A stretch of 64,000 bases of DNA from Octopus sinensis (taxonomy: Eukaryota), in contig NW_021832124.1 of assembly GCF_006345805.1 (NCBI RefSeq), positions 239,034-303,033 on the forward strand, written 5' to 3'. Each line of letters starts with the position of its first letter. Within the stretch, counting starts at the first letter, position 1. A program made the position numbers and the translations under genes. The notes under the pieces were generated by a model, which worked only from the letters and a program-made list of their open reading frames with translations, was not told the origin of the DNA and searched no databases. Shown one piece after another: positions 48,558-61,461 of this stretch.

Positions 48558-51500
48558 TCTTAATAATAAAATGGTATGGTGTGTGTCTGTCTGTCTGTCT
48601 GTCTGTGCACACCCACATTCAAATTGTTACAAACCAGATCAAATTGTCAAAACCTTCCCTTTTGTAGTTATTCGATAATGAGGCATAATAAAAGGTTGAT
48701 ATCCTCTAAGAACCTTCCTGTCAAAAATTTTAATAAGAAAGAATATCCTCGATGATGAGGTCCCCCAAAACCTTCAAGTCAATTTTCTGCGTTTTGTTAA
48801 AATGAACAACAAGAAAGTCCTCGACTCACATGATGTGGTCCCCCAAAACCTTCAAGCCAAAAAGTAAAAAAAATTATTTTCTGCGTTTTTGTTAAAATGA
48901 ACAACAAGAAAGTCCTCGACTCACATGATGTGGTCCCCCAAAACCTTCAAGCCAAAAAATTAAAAAAATTATTTTCTGCGTTTTTGTTAAAATGAACAAC
49001 AAGAAAGTCCTCGAACATGATGTGGTCCCCCAAAACCTTCAAGCTAAAAATTAAAAAAATTATTTTCTGCGTTTTTGTTAAAATGAACAACAAGAAAGTC
49101 CTCGACTCACATGATGTGGTCCCCCAAAACCTTCAAGCCAAAAAATTAAAAAAAATTATTTTCTGCGTTTTTGTTAAATGAACAACAAGAAAGTCCTCGA
49201 CTCACATGATGTGGTCCCCCAAAACCTTCAAGCTAAAAAATTAAAAAAATTATTTTCTGCGTTTTTGTTAAAATGAACAACAAGAAAGTCCTCGACTCAC
49301 ATGATGTGGTCCCCCAAAACCTTCAAGGTAAAAAATTAAAAAAATTATTTTCTGCGTTTTTGTTAAAATGAACAACAAGAAAGTCCTCGACTCACATGAT
49401 GTGGTCCCCCAAAACCTTCAAGGTAAAAAATTAAAAAAATTATTTTCTGCTTTTTTGTTAAAATGAACAACAAGAAAGTCCTCGACTCACATGATGTGGT
49501 CCCCCAAAACTTTCAAGCCAAAAAATTAAAAAAATTATTTTCTGCGTTTTTGTTAAAATAAACAACAAGAAAGTCCTCGACTCACATGATGTGGTCCCCC
49601 AAAACCTTCAAGCCAAAAAATTAAAAAAAATTATTTTCTGCGTTTTTGTTAAAATGAACAACAAGAAAGTCCTCGACTCACATGATGTGGTCCCTCAAAA
49701 CCTTCAAGCCAAAAAATTAAAAAAAATTATTTTCTGCGTTTTTGTTAAAATGAACAACAAGAAAGTCCTCGACTCACATGATGTGGTCCCTCAAAACCTT
49801 CAAGCAAAAAATTAAAAAAATTATTTTCTGCGTTTTTGTTAAATGAACAACAAGAAAGTCCTCGACTCACATGATGTGGTCCCCCAAAACCTTCAAGCCC
49901 AAAAATTAAAAAAAATATTTTCTGCGTTTTTGTTAAAATGAACGACAAGAAAGTCCTCGACTCACATGATGTGGTCCCCCAAAACCTTCAAGCCCAAAAA
50001 TTAAAAAAAATATTTTCTGCGTTTTTGTTAAAATGAACGACAAGAAAGTCCTCGACTCACATGATGAGGTCCTCCACAACCTTCAAGTTCGTGAGGCCAT
50101 TAATTAGCTTAGCTATCTTTTTTCGATGACATAAATTCTTTTTTGTTAAATTTTCGTTAAAAAAATAAAATAAAAGCTCTAATTGTTATCGACCATGAAT
50201 AGACTGTGCAATTATCAGATTTTGAAAACCACTAAAAAGGAAAAAGCAAAAATTATTAGAGATTTACATAATTGATTCTTTTTAACTGCCGAAACTGACA
50301 AATTCGATTATGCTACTGTTTAGATTTCTTAAAGATAGAGGCAAATAAAATTTAAATTAGTCATGTAAATTTCAATTTGCCTATATTTAAATCTCCTTGA
50401 TTTAACAGGCTTTAATTTTTTTCCTTATAATACTACAAAGATGAAGCTGATTATCATTTTCTTTACCGAAACAGACAAGTTCGATTATGCTAAAGTTTCA
50501 ATTCCTTTAAACATAGAGGCAATTAAGTATAATGGCTTTGATTGGATAATACACTTTACATAAATTTCACTAAATAAATTTACGTAGAAAATTTAATATA
50601 AATTACTGATTCGCGTTTACAAAATCATAAGAATGTCCTATAAAGAGAGATGAGAATGTTAACAAACAAGAGAATATGAACCATATAACAAAAAAAGAGA
50701 AACGAGGGAAGATGTGCTTAAATGGTGAGGGAACTTAGACAACAGCTGAACAAGGTCAGGACTGCTGTTAGACTCAACTACGGGTAATAGAATTATGCAT
50801 TCTAGGTTAATTGTTTGGGATGAATGTACGATGGCTCATAAAGGCGCATTCAAGCAGTTGACCGAACATATAGAGATATCAAGAATTGTAGCGACCATTT
50901 GTTTGGGGGAGCATTAGTTGTATTGGCAGGTGATTTTAGACAGACGCTGCCAATTATTCAAAGAGGGACGCCTGCGGATGAATTGAATGCCTGCCTCAAA
51001 TCGTCATATTTGTGGACACACGTGAAAAAGGTAAGCTTAGATGTAAATGTACATGCACATTTACAAGGCGTTAATAGCATATTCCCACAAATCCTTCTAG
51101 ATATTGGAAATGGGGCAATCACTTCAGAAATGCACGACCAGAAAATTAGGCTACCGGAAGAATTATGTATTTCGTAGAAACAGCAGAAGAATTATTGAAT
51201 GCCGTCTATTCCGAACTATCTGAACACCACGTGAATTTCGACTGGCTGCGTGAACGAGCTATATTAGCTCCACTTAATGATGAGGTACTTAATATAAATT
51301 TAGATTTATTAATGAAAATCCCTGCAGCAGAGAAAGAATATATAAATCGGTCGACGTTATTATGGACCATGAAAGGGCCTGCGATAGATTTAAGAGACTA
51401 CAATTTCCGCTGAAGATAAGTTTTGCTATGAAAAACAAGGCCCAGGGACAGTCTTTAAAGGTAGTAGGCTTATTTTTAGAGAACGAGTGCTTTTCACATG

Positions 51501-51735
51501 GCCAGCTGTATGTGGGGTGCTCAAGGGTAGGTAGAAGAGAAATTTATTTATATTTGCCAAGGATGGACGGACTGCAAACATCGTTTATCCACAGGCCTTA
51601 GAATAAGGTTATATCAAAGCAGGTCGCATTTATATATCTACATAAATTTATAGTTATTTAAGGAAACTGCGAGCGTAGCGAGCAGGGCCTCCGCAGGAGC
51701 TAGCTCGCAGTGAGCGAAGCGAACTGCTGAGCTAG
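48558..51735 (+). mobile_element. Helitron, internally deleted, with Pif1 helicase remnant
   Basis: 5' A^TC followed by (GTCT)n; 3' GC-rich hairpins and CTAG^T; IVWDECTM, FGG..VLAGDFRQTLP, ERAILAPLN, KAQGQSL and FSHGQLYVGCSRV at 50800-51600. Confidence 0.9.
48745..50088. repeat. 95-bp minisatellite, about 14 copies, inside the Helitron
   Basis: Unit TGATGTGGTCCCCCAAAACCTTCAAG..GAAAGTCCTCGACTCACA; period 48831 to 48926. Confidence 0.97.
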
Positions 51736-52399
51736 TTTCCAATAACGGTGTCGATTAGTTCCAACGAATTTATATCAAAATTTTCATTTTGATAAAAGAA
51801 TGACTTTATTTTTTAACATTTTCAAAGCCTCTTCTGAATTCACATGAGATTCGTCATTACGAGTATCTTCATCGTCATATTTGTGTGGCAAAGAATCTCC
51901 AGCAATATTAAGGTAATCTTCAATTTCATCTATTTCGGTTTATTTTTTTTTATAACCCCCAAGCTTGCACAACATGGCAAGCCCAGCACAAACAGTCACA
52001 ACTAACTAATCAAATGAAGGAGCAAGGAACGAAGGGACTGCTTGTGCCGATCAACATTAGCCTCCAAATCTTCATTACAGCCATCCGTCTCCAAAGAGAG
52101 GTGGGGAATTTCTGGTATGCCCAGTTCCCATTTGTCAGCCTCCTACCGTAGCTCACCGCACTTCATTTGAATCCGGACAGGTTTTTGCATAATGGAGATT
52201 CTTCATCGGTAATGTGATCAGGGGAAGGTAGGAGGTCCCTCTCTCGACATCTGTGTCGTGCCAGATGGACTCATCGCCTCACGGGTGGGGAACGTTGGAC
52301 AAGATTTGACCCCCGGCTGAAAACTTGGTTCCATCGGATTCGAACCCACGACGTTTGAATTCCAACATCCATAGTCTTCAGCCAACGGGGCTTTTTAAT

Positions 52400-53534
52400 A
52401 AAATCATCTTTATCCACCATGTCCAATATTTTCAAGATATTTACCATTTGATTATAATTATCTCCAGGCAAAATATGTAAAAAGAAGACCGTCTTTTAAA
52501 ATTAATTTTTTATGAGCTTCCAGTGGCTTTTCTCCATTTTCAATTTTTTCTAACATAAACTCAAATTTAAGTTTATTAAAATGTCCTTTGAAGAATCTAA
52601 TGATTCCTTGATCCATTGGTTGTAGAATTGTTGTAGTCTTCGAAGGTAGGTAAAGAACTTCAATTAACTCTAAATCAGCGTAAAGTTTATGGGATAGGCA
52701 TCGATCCACAACTAAAAGAATTTTTCGTTTTTTTAGATGCCTATCCCATATTAAAAGCCATTCATTAAAAATTTTACTTGTCATCCATGAATGACAGTAA
52801 TCGACAAAATTTTTAAAGCAGCGAGGTTTCTGGAACTTTCCGATCATAAGTGGAATTTTTTTGTCTGTCCCAGTCATATTTGAGCATAGCAACAAAGAAA
52901 ATCTAAAAATAAATAAAAATTAAACCGTTCTTTAAGGATTTTATGTCCATATCAAACTTTCCGACAAACAATTTTTGAAGGGATAGATTTGTAAAAAAAT
53001 CCCAGTTTCATTAGCGTTATAAATGTTTTCAGCATTATATTGTTGAATCTTTGCAGAGATCAAAGAAGTAAATGCATCAATTTCTTGTTTCTGATCAACT
53101 GCAGTAGATCCTATTCTCCATGTAAAGTCCTCAATTTTAAGTTGTTCCGTATCTTGAACTTGCTTAGCCATCCATTGCTGGCTTTAAACTCTTTAATTCC
53201 ATAAATATTAACAATGTTCTTTGCTTTCAACAAAATTGAATTATCGTCCAGAAACCCCCCTCTAAGCTCAATGTATTCAATCCAAGTTAATAGTTCGGTG
53301 TCAATAACAGAATAAGTTAAGTTAGATAATCTCTTCTTATTGGAGAAAATAGGATCAGTAGAGATTATTTTCTCTTTTCCAAGTCTTAAATCGTTCACAG
53401 CCCTTCAAGATATTTTTTCTTCAAAACAGAAGAAAAAATGTAAGCTATACGGTCCATCGTGAGATTTTTGTTCTCCTCCATGTACGCAATAATGCGACTT
53501 TTTAATTAAAAGACAATCTTGTGCACTTACGCAT
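52400..53534 (-). pseudogene. Decayed pogo/CENP-B-like DDE transposase with a 23-nt intron
   Basis: FKASNGWLSKFK, IYNANETG, CSNMTGTDK..MIGKFQKPRCF, SWMT and LQPMDQGII; stop codon and frameshifts. Confidence 0.88.
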
Positions 53535-53837
53535 GTTGAATTTAGCGTGGTTGAAATATTTTATATAAAAAATAGTTTAAACAAAAAAAATATTTTTAAA
53601 AATTAATGGCGAGATTTAGAAAATGGCGAGCAATAGAATATTTATCAAAATTTACTAGAAATTTTAAATTTTTAAAAATATGTGGCGAGCAATAAAGGTG
53701 GCGAGTAACAGAGGTGGCGAGCACCAGAGGTTTTACTGTATTTCTTAAAATAGATTTGAAAGTAAAGTAAATTTATTTTTGTAAGCTGAACGCGGCTAAC
53801 TTAAATTAAATGATACACTATTTCTCGTTAAAAATCT

Positions 53838-54286
53838 ATGCAGACATATTTTGGCTCTATTCAAACACACATTGAAGTTGATCTATTGTATGAATGAGCA
53901 AGTCCGCAATTTCCAAGCTTTCTAAGGAGAATGTAATGGCTGTGTCTTGCCTTGAAATGTCATTGAAGTCTATCCGTGCATTTGAGCTTCGATAAATCAG
54001 TGAAAATGGAAAGGCTGCATTGGGCTGTATTATTGAAAAATTGTTCAGATCGACAATTCTTCAAAATGAACCAAGAAAAAATTGAAGAAATTGAAAAACT
54101 TAAATATTTGCACAAAGAACAAATTGAATGTTCAAAACTTATATTTGAACAGGAAAAGAGTAAGTACAATTTAGAGGTTAAATTATTAATCTAACGTTCC
54201 AAGGTCTCCAAACTGCAGGAGAAAATGCATTCTCTATGTGAGAATTGTGACCTGCTAAATCTCACCAATAAATCTCTCATCGAATA
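53838..54286 (+). CDS. Probable coiled-coil gene fragment abutting the satellite
   Basis: E/K-rich ORF continues across a 27-nt GT-AG intron near 54177-54203 to a TAA at the array edge. Confidence 0.35.
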
Positions 54287-57200
54287 AATCTTCCTGAAAA
54301 TTTTAAAAAGCCAGAATAGAGTATATAAAAAAGATTTAGACGAGCTGTAAAAAGCGCATATTATCCAGAAATATTTCAAACTGATCCCCTGGAATAATGA
54401 GCTCGATTGATATCACACACGTGGAGAACTGAGTAGGGTTCTTTATAATAACACAAATCTTGCTGAAAATTTTATTAAAGCCAGAATAGAGTATATAAAA
54501 AGGATTTAGACGAGCTGTAAAAAGCGCATATTATCCAGAAATATTTCAAACTGATCCCCTGAAAAAATGAGCTCGATTTGATACACACACGTGGGAGAAC
54601 TGAGTAGAGATCTTTATAATCACGCAAATCTTGCTGAAAATTTAAAAAGCCAGAATAGATATAAAAAAGATTTAGACGAGCTGTAAAAAGCGCATATTAT
54701 CCAGAAATATTTCAAACTGATCCCCTGAAATAATGAGCTCGATTGATATCACACACGTGGAGAACTGAGTAGGGATCTTTATAATTACGCAAATCTTGCT
54801 GAAAATTTTAAAACGCCAGAATAGAGTATATAAAAAGGATTTAGACGAGCTGTAAAAAGCGCATATTATCCAGAAATATTTCAAACTGATCCCCTGAAAA
54901 TTAGCTCGATTGATATCACACACGAGGAGAACTGAGTAGGGATCTTTATAATTACGCAAATCTTGCTGAAAATTTAAAACGCCAGAATAGAGTATATAAA
55001 AAGGATTTAGACGAGCTGTAAAAAGCGCATATTATCCAGAAATATTTCAAACTGATCCCCTGAAAAATTAGCTCGATTGATATCACACACGTGGAGAACT
55101 GAGAAGGGATCTTTTAATTACGCAAATCTTGCTGAAAATTTTAAAACGCCAGAATAGAGTATATAAAAAAGGAATTTAGACGAGCTGTAAAAAGCGCATA
55201 TTATCCAGAATATTTTCAAAACTGATCCCCCTGAAAAAATGAGCTCGATTGATATCACACACGTGGAGAACTGAGTAGGGATCTTTATAATTAAGGCAAA
55301 TCTTGCTGAAAATTTTAAAACGCCAGAATAGAGTATATAAAAAGGATTTAGACGAGCTGTAAAAAGCGATATATTTTCCAGAAATATTTCAAACTGATCC
55401 CCTGAAAAAATGAGCTCGATTGATATCACACACGTGGAGAACTTTAGTAAAGATCTTTAAAATTACGCAAATCTTGCTGAAAATTTTAAAACGCCAGAAT
55501 AGAGTATATAAAAAGGATTTAGACGAGCTGTAAAAAGCGCATATTATCCAGAAATATTTCAAACTGATCCCCTGAAAAAATGAGCTCGATTGATATCACA
55601 CACGTGGAGAACTTTAGTAAAGATCTTTAAAATTACGCAAATCTTGCTGAAAATTTTAAAACGCCAGAATAGAGTATATAAAAAGGATTTAGACGAGCTG
55701 TAAAAAGCGCATATTATCCAGAAATATTTCAAACTGATCCCCTGAAAAAATTAGCTCGATTGATATCACACACGTGGAGAACTGAGTAGGATCTTTAATA
55801 ATTACGCAAATCTTGCTGAAAATTTTAAAAACGCCATAATAGAGTATATAAAAAAGATTTTTGACGAGCTGTAAAAAGCCGCATATTATCCAGAAATATT
55901 TCAAACAGATCCCCTGAAAAATTAGCTCGATTGATATCACACACGAGGAGAACTGAGTAGGGATCTTTATAATTACGCAAATCTTGCTGAAAATTTTAAA
56001 ACGCCAGAATAGAGTATATAAAAAGGATTTAGACGAGCTGTAAAAAGCGCATATTATCCAGAAATATTTCAAACTGATCCCCTGAAAAAATTAGCTCGAT
56101 TGATATCCCACAAGTGGAGAAATGAGAAGGGATCTTTTAATTACGTAAATCTTGCTGAAAATTTTAAAACGCCAGAATAGAGTATATAAAAAAGATTTAG
56201 ACGAGCTGTAAAAAGCGCATATTATCCAGAAATATTTCAAACTGATCCCCTGGAATAATGAGCTCGATTGATATCACACACGTAAAGAACTGAGTAGGGA
56301 TCTTTATAATTACTCAAAACTTGCTGAAAATTTTAAAAAGCCAGAATAGAGTATATAAAAAAAATTTAGACGAGCTGTAAAAAGCGCATATTATCCAGAC
56401 ATATTTCAAACTGATCCCCTGAAAAAATTAGCTCGATTGATATCACACACGTGGAGAACTGAGTAGGGATCTTTATGATTACGCAAATCTTGCTGAAAAT
56501 TTTATTAAAGCCAGAATCGAGTATATAAAAAGGATTTAGACGAGCTGTAAAAAGCGCATATTATCCAGAAATATTTCAAACTGATCCCCTGAAAAATTAG
56601 CTCGATTGATATCACACACGTGGAGAACTGAGTAGGGATCTTTATAATTACGCAAATCTTGCTGAAAATTTTAAAAAGCCAGAATAGAGTATATAAAAAG
56701 ATTTAGACGAGCTGTAAAAAGCGCATATTATCCAGAAATATTTCAAACTGATCCCCTGAAAAAATTAGCTCGATTGATATCACACACGTGGAGAACTGAG
56801 TAGGGATCTTTATAATTACGCAAATCTTGCTGAAAATTTTAAAAAGCCAGAATAGAGTATATAAAGGATTTAGACGAGCTGTAAAAAGCGCATATTATCC
56901 AGAAATATTTCAAACTGATCCCCTGAAAAAATGAGCTCGATTGATATCACACACGTGGAGAACTGAGTAGGGATCTTTATAATTACGCAAATCTTGCTGA
57001 AAATTTTAAAAAGCCAGAATAGAGTATATAAAAAGGATTTAGACGAGCTGTAAAAAGCGCATATTATCCAGAAATATTTCAAACTGATCCCCTGAAAAAT
57101 GAGCTCGATTGATATCACACACGTGGAGAACTGAGTAGGGATCTTTATAATTACGCAAATCTTGCTGAAAATTTTAAAACGCCAGAATAGAGTATATAAA

Positions 57201-60200
57201 AAGGATTTAGACGAGCTGTAAAAGCGCATATTATCCAGAAATATTTCAAACTGATCCCCTGAAAAAATTAGCTCGATTGATATCACACACGAGGAGAACT
57301 GAGTAGGGATCTTTATAATTACGCAAATCTTGCTGAAAATTTAAAACGCCAGAATAGAGTATATAAAAAGGATTTAGACGAGCTGTAAAAAGCGCATATT
57401 ATCCAGAAATATTTCAAACTGATCCCCTGAAAAATTAGCTCGATTGATATCCCACACGTGGAGAACTGAGTAGGGATCTTTATAATTACGCAAATCTTGC
57501 TGAAAATTTTAAAAAGGCCAGAATAGAGTATATAAAAGGATTTAGACGAGCTGTAAAAAGCGCATATTATCCAGAAATATTTCAAACTGATCCCCTGAAA
57601 AATTAGCTCGATTGATATCACACACGTGGAGAACTGAGTAGGGATCTTTATAATTACGCAAAACTTGCTGAAAATTTTAAAAAGCCAGAATAGAGTATAT
57701 AAAAGATTTAGACGACCTGTAAAAAGCGCATATTATCCAGAAATATTTCAAACTGATCCCCTGAAAAAATTAGCTCGATTGATATCACACACGTGGAGAA
57801 CTGAGTAGGGATCTTTATAATTACGCAAATCTTGCTGAAAATTTTAAAAAGCCAGAATAGAGTATATAAAAAGGATTTAGACGAGCTGTAAAAAGCGCAT
57901 ATTATCCAGAAATATTTCAAACTGATCCCCTGAAAAAATGAGCTCGATTGATATCACACACGTGGAGAACTGAGTAGGGATCTTTATAATTACGCAAATC
58001 TTGCTGAAAATTTTAAAAAGCCAGAATAGAGTATATAAAAAAGATTTAGACGAGCTGTAAAAAGCGCATATTATCCAGAAATATTTCAAACTGATCCCCT
58101 GAAAAAATGAGCTCGATTGATATCACACACGTGGAGAACTTTAGTAAAGATCTTTAAAATTACGCAAATCTTGCTGAAAATTTTAAAACGCCAGAATAGA
58201 GTATATAAAAAGGATTTAGACGAGCTGTAAAAAGCGCATATTATCCAGAAATATTTCAAACTGATCCCCTCAAAAAATGAGCTCGATTGATATCACACAC
58301 GTGGAGAACTGAGTAGGGATCTTATAATTACGCAAATCTTGCTGAAAAATTTAAAACGCCAGAATAGAGTATATAAAAAGGATTTAGACGAGCTGTAAAA
58401 AGCGCATATTATCCAGAAATATTTCAAACTGATCCCCTGAAAAAATGGAGCTCGATAATATCACACACGTGGAGAACTGAGTAGGGATCTTTATGATTAC
58501 GCAAATCTTGCTGAAAATTTTAAAAAGCAGAATAGAGTATCTAAAAAGGATTTAGACGAGCTGTAAAAAGCGCATATTATCCAGAAATATTCAAACTGAT
58601 CCCCCAAAAAAATGAGCTCGATTGATATCACACACGTGGAGAACTGAGTAGGGATCTTTATAATTACGCAAATCTTGCTGAAAATTTTAAAACGCCAGAA
58701 TAGAGTATATAAAAAGGATTTAGACGAGCTGTAAAAAGCGCATATTATCCAGAAATATTTCAAACTAATCCCCTGAAAAAATGAGCTCGATTGATATCAC
58801 ACACGTGGAGAACTTTAGTAAAGATCTTTAAAATTACGCAAATCTTGCTGAAAATTTTAAAACGCCAGAATAGAGTATATAAAAAGGATTTAGACGAGCT
58901 GTAAAAAGCGCATATTATCCAGAAATATTTCAAACTGATCCCCTGAAAAACTAGCTCGATTGATATCACACACGTGGAGAACTGAGTAGGGATCTTTATA
59001 ATTACGCAAATCTTGCTGAAAATTTTAAAAAGCCAGAATAGAGTATATAAAAAAGATTTTGACGAGCTGTAAAAAGCGCATATTATCCAGAAATATTTCA
59101 AACTGATCCCCTGAAAAAATTAGCTCGATTGATATCCCACACGTGGAGAAATGAGAAGGGATCTTTTAATTACGTAAATCTTGCTGAAAATTTTAAAACG
59201 CCAGAATAGAGTATATAAAAAAGATTTAGACGAGCTGTAAAAAGCGCATATTATCCAGAAATATTTCAAACTGATCCCCTGGAATAATGAGCTCGATTGA
59301 TATCACACACGTAAAGAACTGAGTAGGGATCTTTATAATTACGCAAATCTTGCTGAAAATTTTAAAAAGCCAGAATAGAGTATATAAAAAGGATTTAGAC
59401 GAGCTGTAAAAAGCGCATATTATCCAGAAATATTTCAAACTGATCCCCTGAAAAAATTAGCTCGATTGCTATCACACACGTGGAGAACTGAGAAGGGATC
59501 TTTTAATTACGCAAATCTTGCTGAAAATTTTAAAAAGCCAGAATAGAGTATATAAAAAAGATTTAGACGAGCTGTAAAAAGCGCTATTATCCAAAATATT
59601 TCAAACTGATCCCCTGAATAATTAGCTCGATTGATATCACACACGTGGAGAACTGAGTAGGGATCTTTATAATTACGCAAATCTGCTGAAAATTTTAAAA
59701 AGCCAGAATAGAGTATATAAAAAGGATTTAGACGAGCTGTAAAAAAGCGCATATTATCCAGAAATATTTCAAAACTGATCCCTGAAAACTGCTCGATTGA
59801 TATCACACACGTGGAGAACTGAGTAGGGATCTTTATAATTACGCAAATCTTGCTGAAAATTTTAAAAACGCCAGAATAGAGTATATAAAAAGGATTAGAC
59901 GAGCTGTAAAAAGCGCATATTATCCAGAAATATCAACTGATCCCCTGAAAAAATGAGCTCGATTGATATCACACACAGTGGAGACTGAGTAAAGATCTTT
60001 ATAATTACGCAAATCTTGCTGGAAATTTAAAACGCCAGAATAGAGTATATAAAAAGGATTTAGACGAGCTGTAAAAAGCGCATATTATCCAGAAATATTT
60101 CAAACTGATCCCCTGAAAAATGAGCTCGATTGATCCACCACGTGGAGAACTGAGTAGGGATCTTTATAATTACGCAAATCTTGCTGAAAATTTTAAAAAC

Positions 60201-61455
60201 GCCAGAATAGAGTATATAAAAAGGATTTAGACGAGCTGTAAAAAGCGCATATTATCCAGAAATATTTCAAACTGATCCCCTGAAAAAATTAGCTCGATTG
60301 ATATCACACACGTGGAGAACTGAGTAGGGATCTTTTATGATTACGCAAATCTTGCTGAAAATTTTAAAAAGCCAGAATAGAGTATATAAAAAGGATTTAG
60401 ACGAGCTGTAAAAAGCGCATATTATCCAGAATATTTTCAAACTGATCCCCTGAAAAATGAGCTCGATTGATATCACACACGTGGAGAACTGAGTAGGGAT
60501 CTTTATAATACGCAAATCTTCTGCAAAATTTTAAACGCCAGAATAGAGTATATAAAAAGGATTTAGACGAGCTGTAAAAAGCGCATATTATCCAGAAATA
60601 TTTCAAACTGATCCCCTGAAAAAATGAGCTCGATTGATATCACACACGTGGAGAACTTTAGTAAAGATCTTTAAAATTACGCAAATCTTGCTGAAAATTT
60701 TAAAACGCCAGAATAGAGTATATAAAAAGGATTTAGACGAGCTGTAAAAAGCGCATATTATCCAGAAATATTTCAAACTGATCCCCTGAAAAACTAGCTC
60801 GATTGATATCACACACGTGGAGAACTGAGTAGGGATCTTTATAATTACGCAAATCTTGCTGAAAATTTTAAAAAGCCAGAATAGAGTATATAAAAAAGAT
60901 TTAGACGAGCTGTAAAAAGCGCATATTATCCAGAAATATTTCAAACTGATCCCCTGAAAAATGAGCTCGATTGATATCACACACGTGAAGAACTTTAGTA
61001 GGATCTTTATAATTACGCAAATCTTGCTGAAAATTTTAAAACGCCAGAATAGAGTATATAAAAAGGATTTAGACGAGCTGTAAAAAGCGCATATTATCCA
61101 GAAATATTTCAAACTGATCCCCTGAAAAAATGAGCTCGATTGATATCACACACGTGGAGAACTGAGTAGGGATCTTTATAATTACGCAAATCTTGCTGAA
61201 AATTTTAAAAAGCCAGAATAGAGTATCTAAAAAGGATTTAGACGAGCTGTAAAAAGCGCATATTATCCAGAAATATTTCAAACAGATCCCCTGAAAAAAT
61301 GAGCTCGATTGATATCACACACGTGGAGAACTGAGAAGGGATCTTTTAATTACGCAAATCTTGCTGAAAATTTTAAAAAGCCAGAATAGAGTATCTAAAA
61401 AGGATTTAGACGAGCTGTAAAAAGCGCATATTATCCAGAAATATTTCAAACTGAT
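54286..61455. repeat. ~170-bp satellite array, about 42 copies
   Basis: Unit GACGAGCTGTAAAAAGCGCATATTATCCAG..GATATCACACACGTGGAG..; period 169-170 (55441 to 55611). Confidence 0.98.
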
Positions 61456-61461
61456 TCAAAC

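Larger units (their letters stand above)
48304..53738 (-). mobile_element. pogo/Tigger-family element or composite with nested insertions
   Basis: Inverted termini CAGTAAAACCTCTGGTGCTCGCCA with TA flanks; subterminal TGGCGAGCA repeats; transposase fragments at 48380-48500 and 52400-53534. Confidence 0.88.

Noticed and set aside
54191-61281. Repeated MKYFWIICAF.. ORFs
   Set aside because: Translations of the satellite; the period is not a stable multiple of 3 and indels are frequent.
48745-61455. Tandem arrays as CRISPR
   Set aside because: No unique spacers, monomers of 95 and 170 bp, no cas genes, eukaryotic context.
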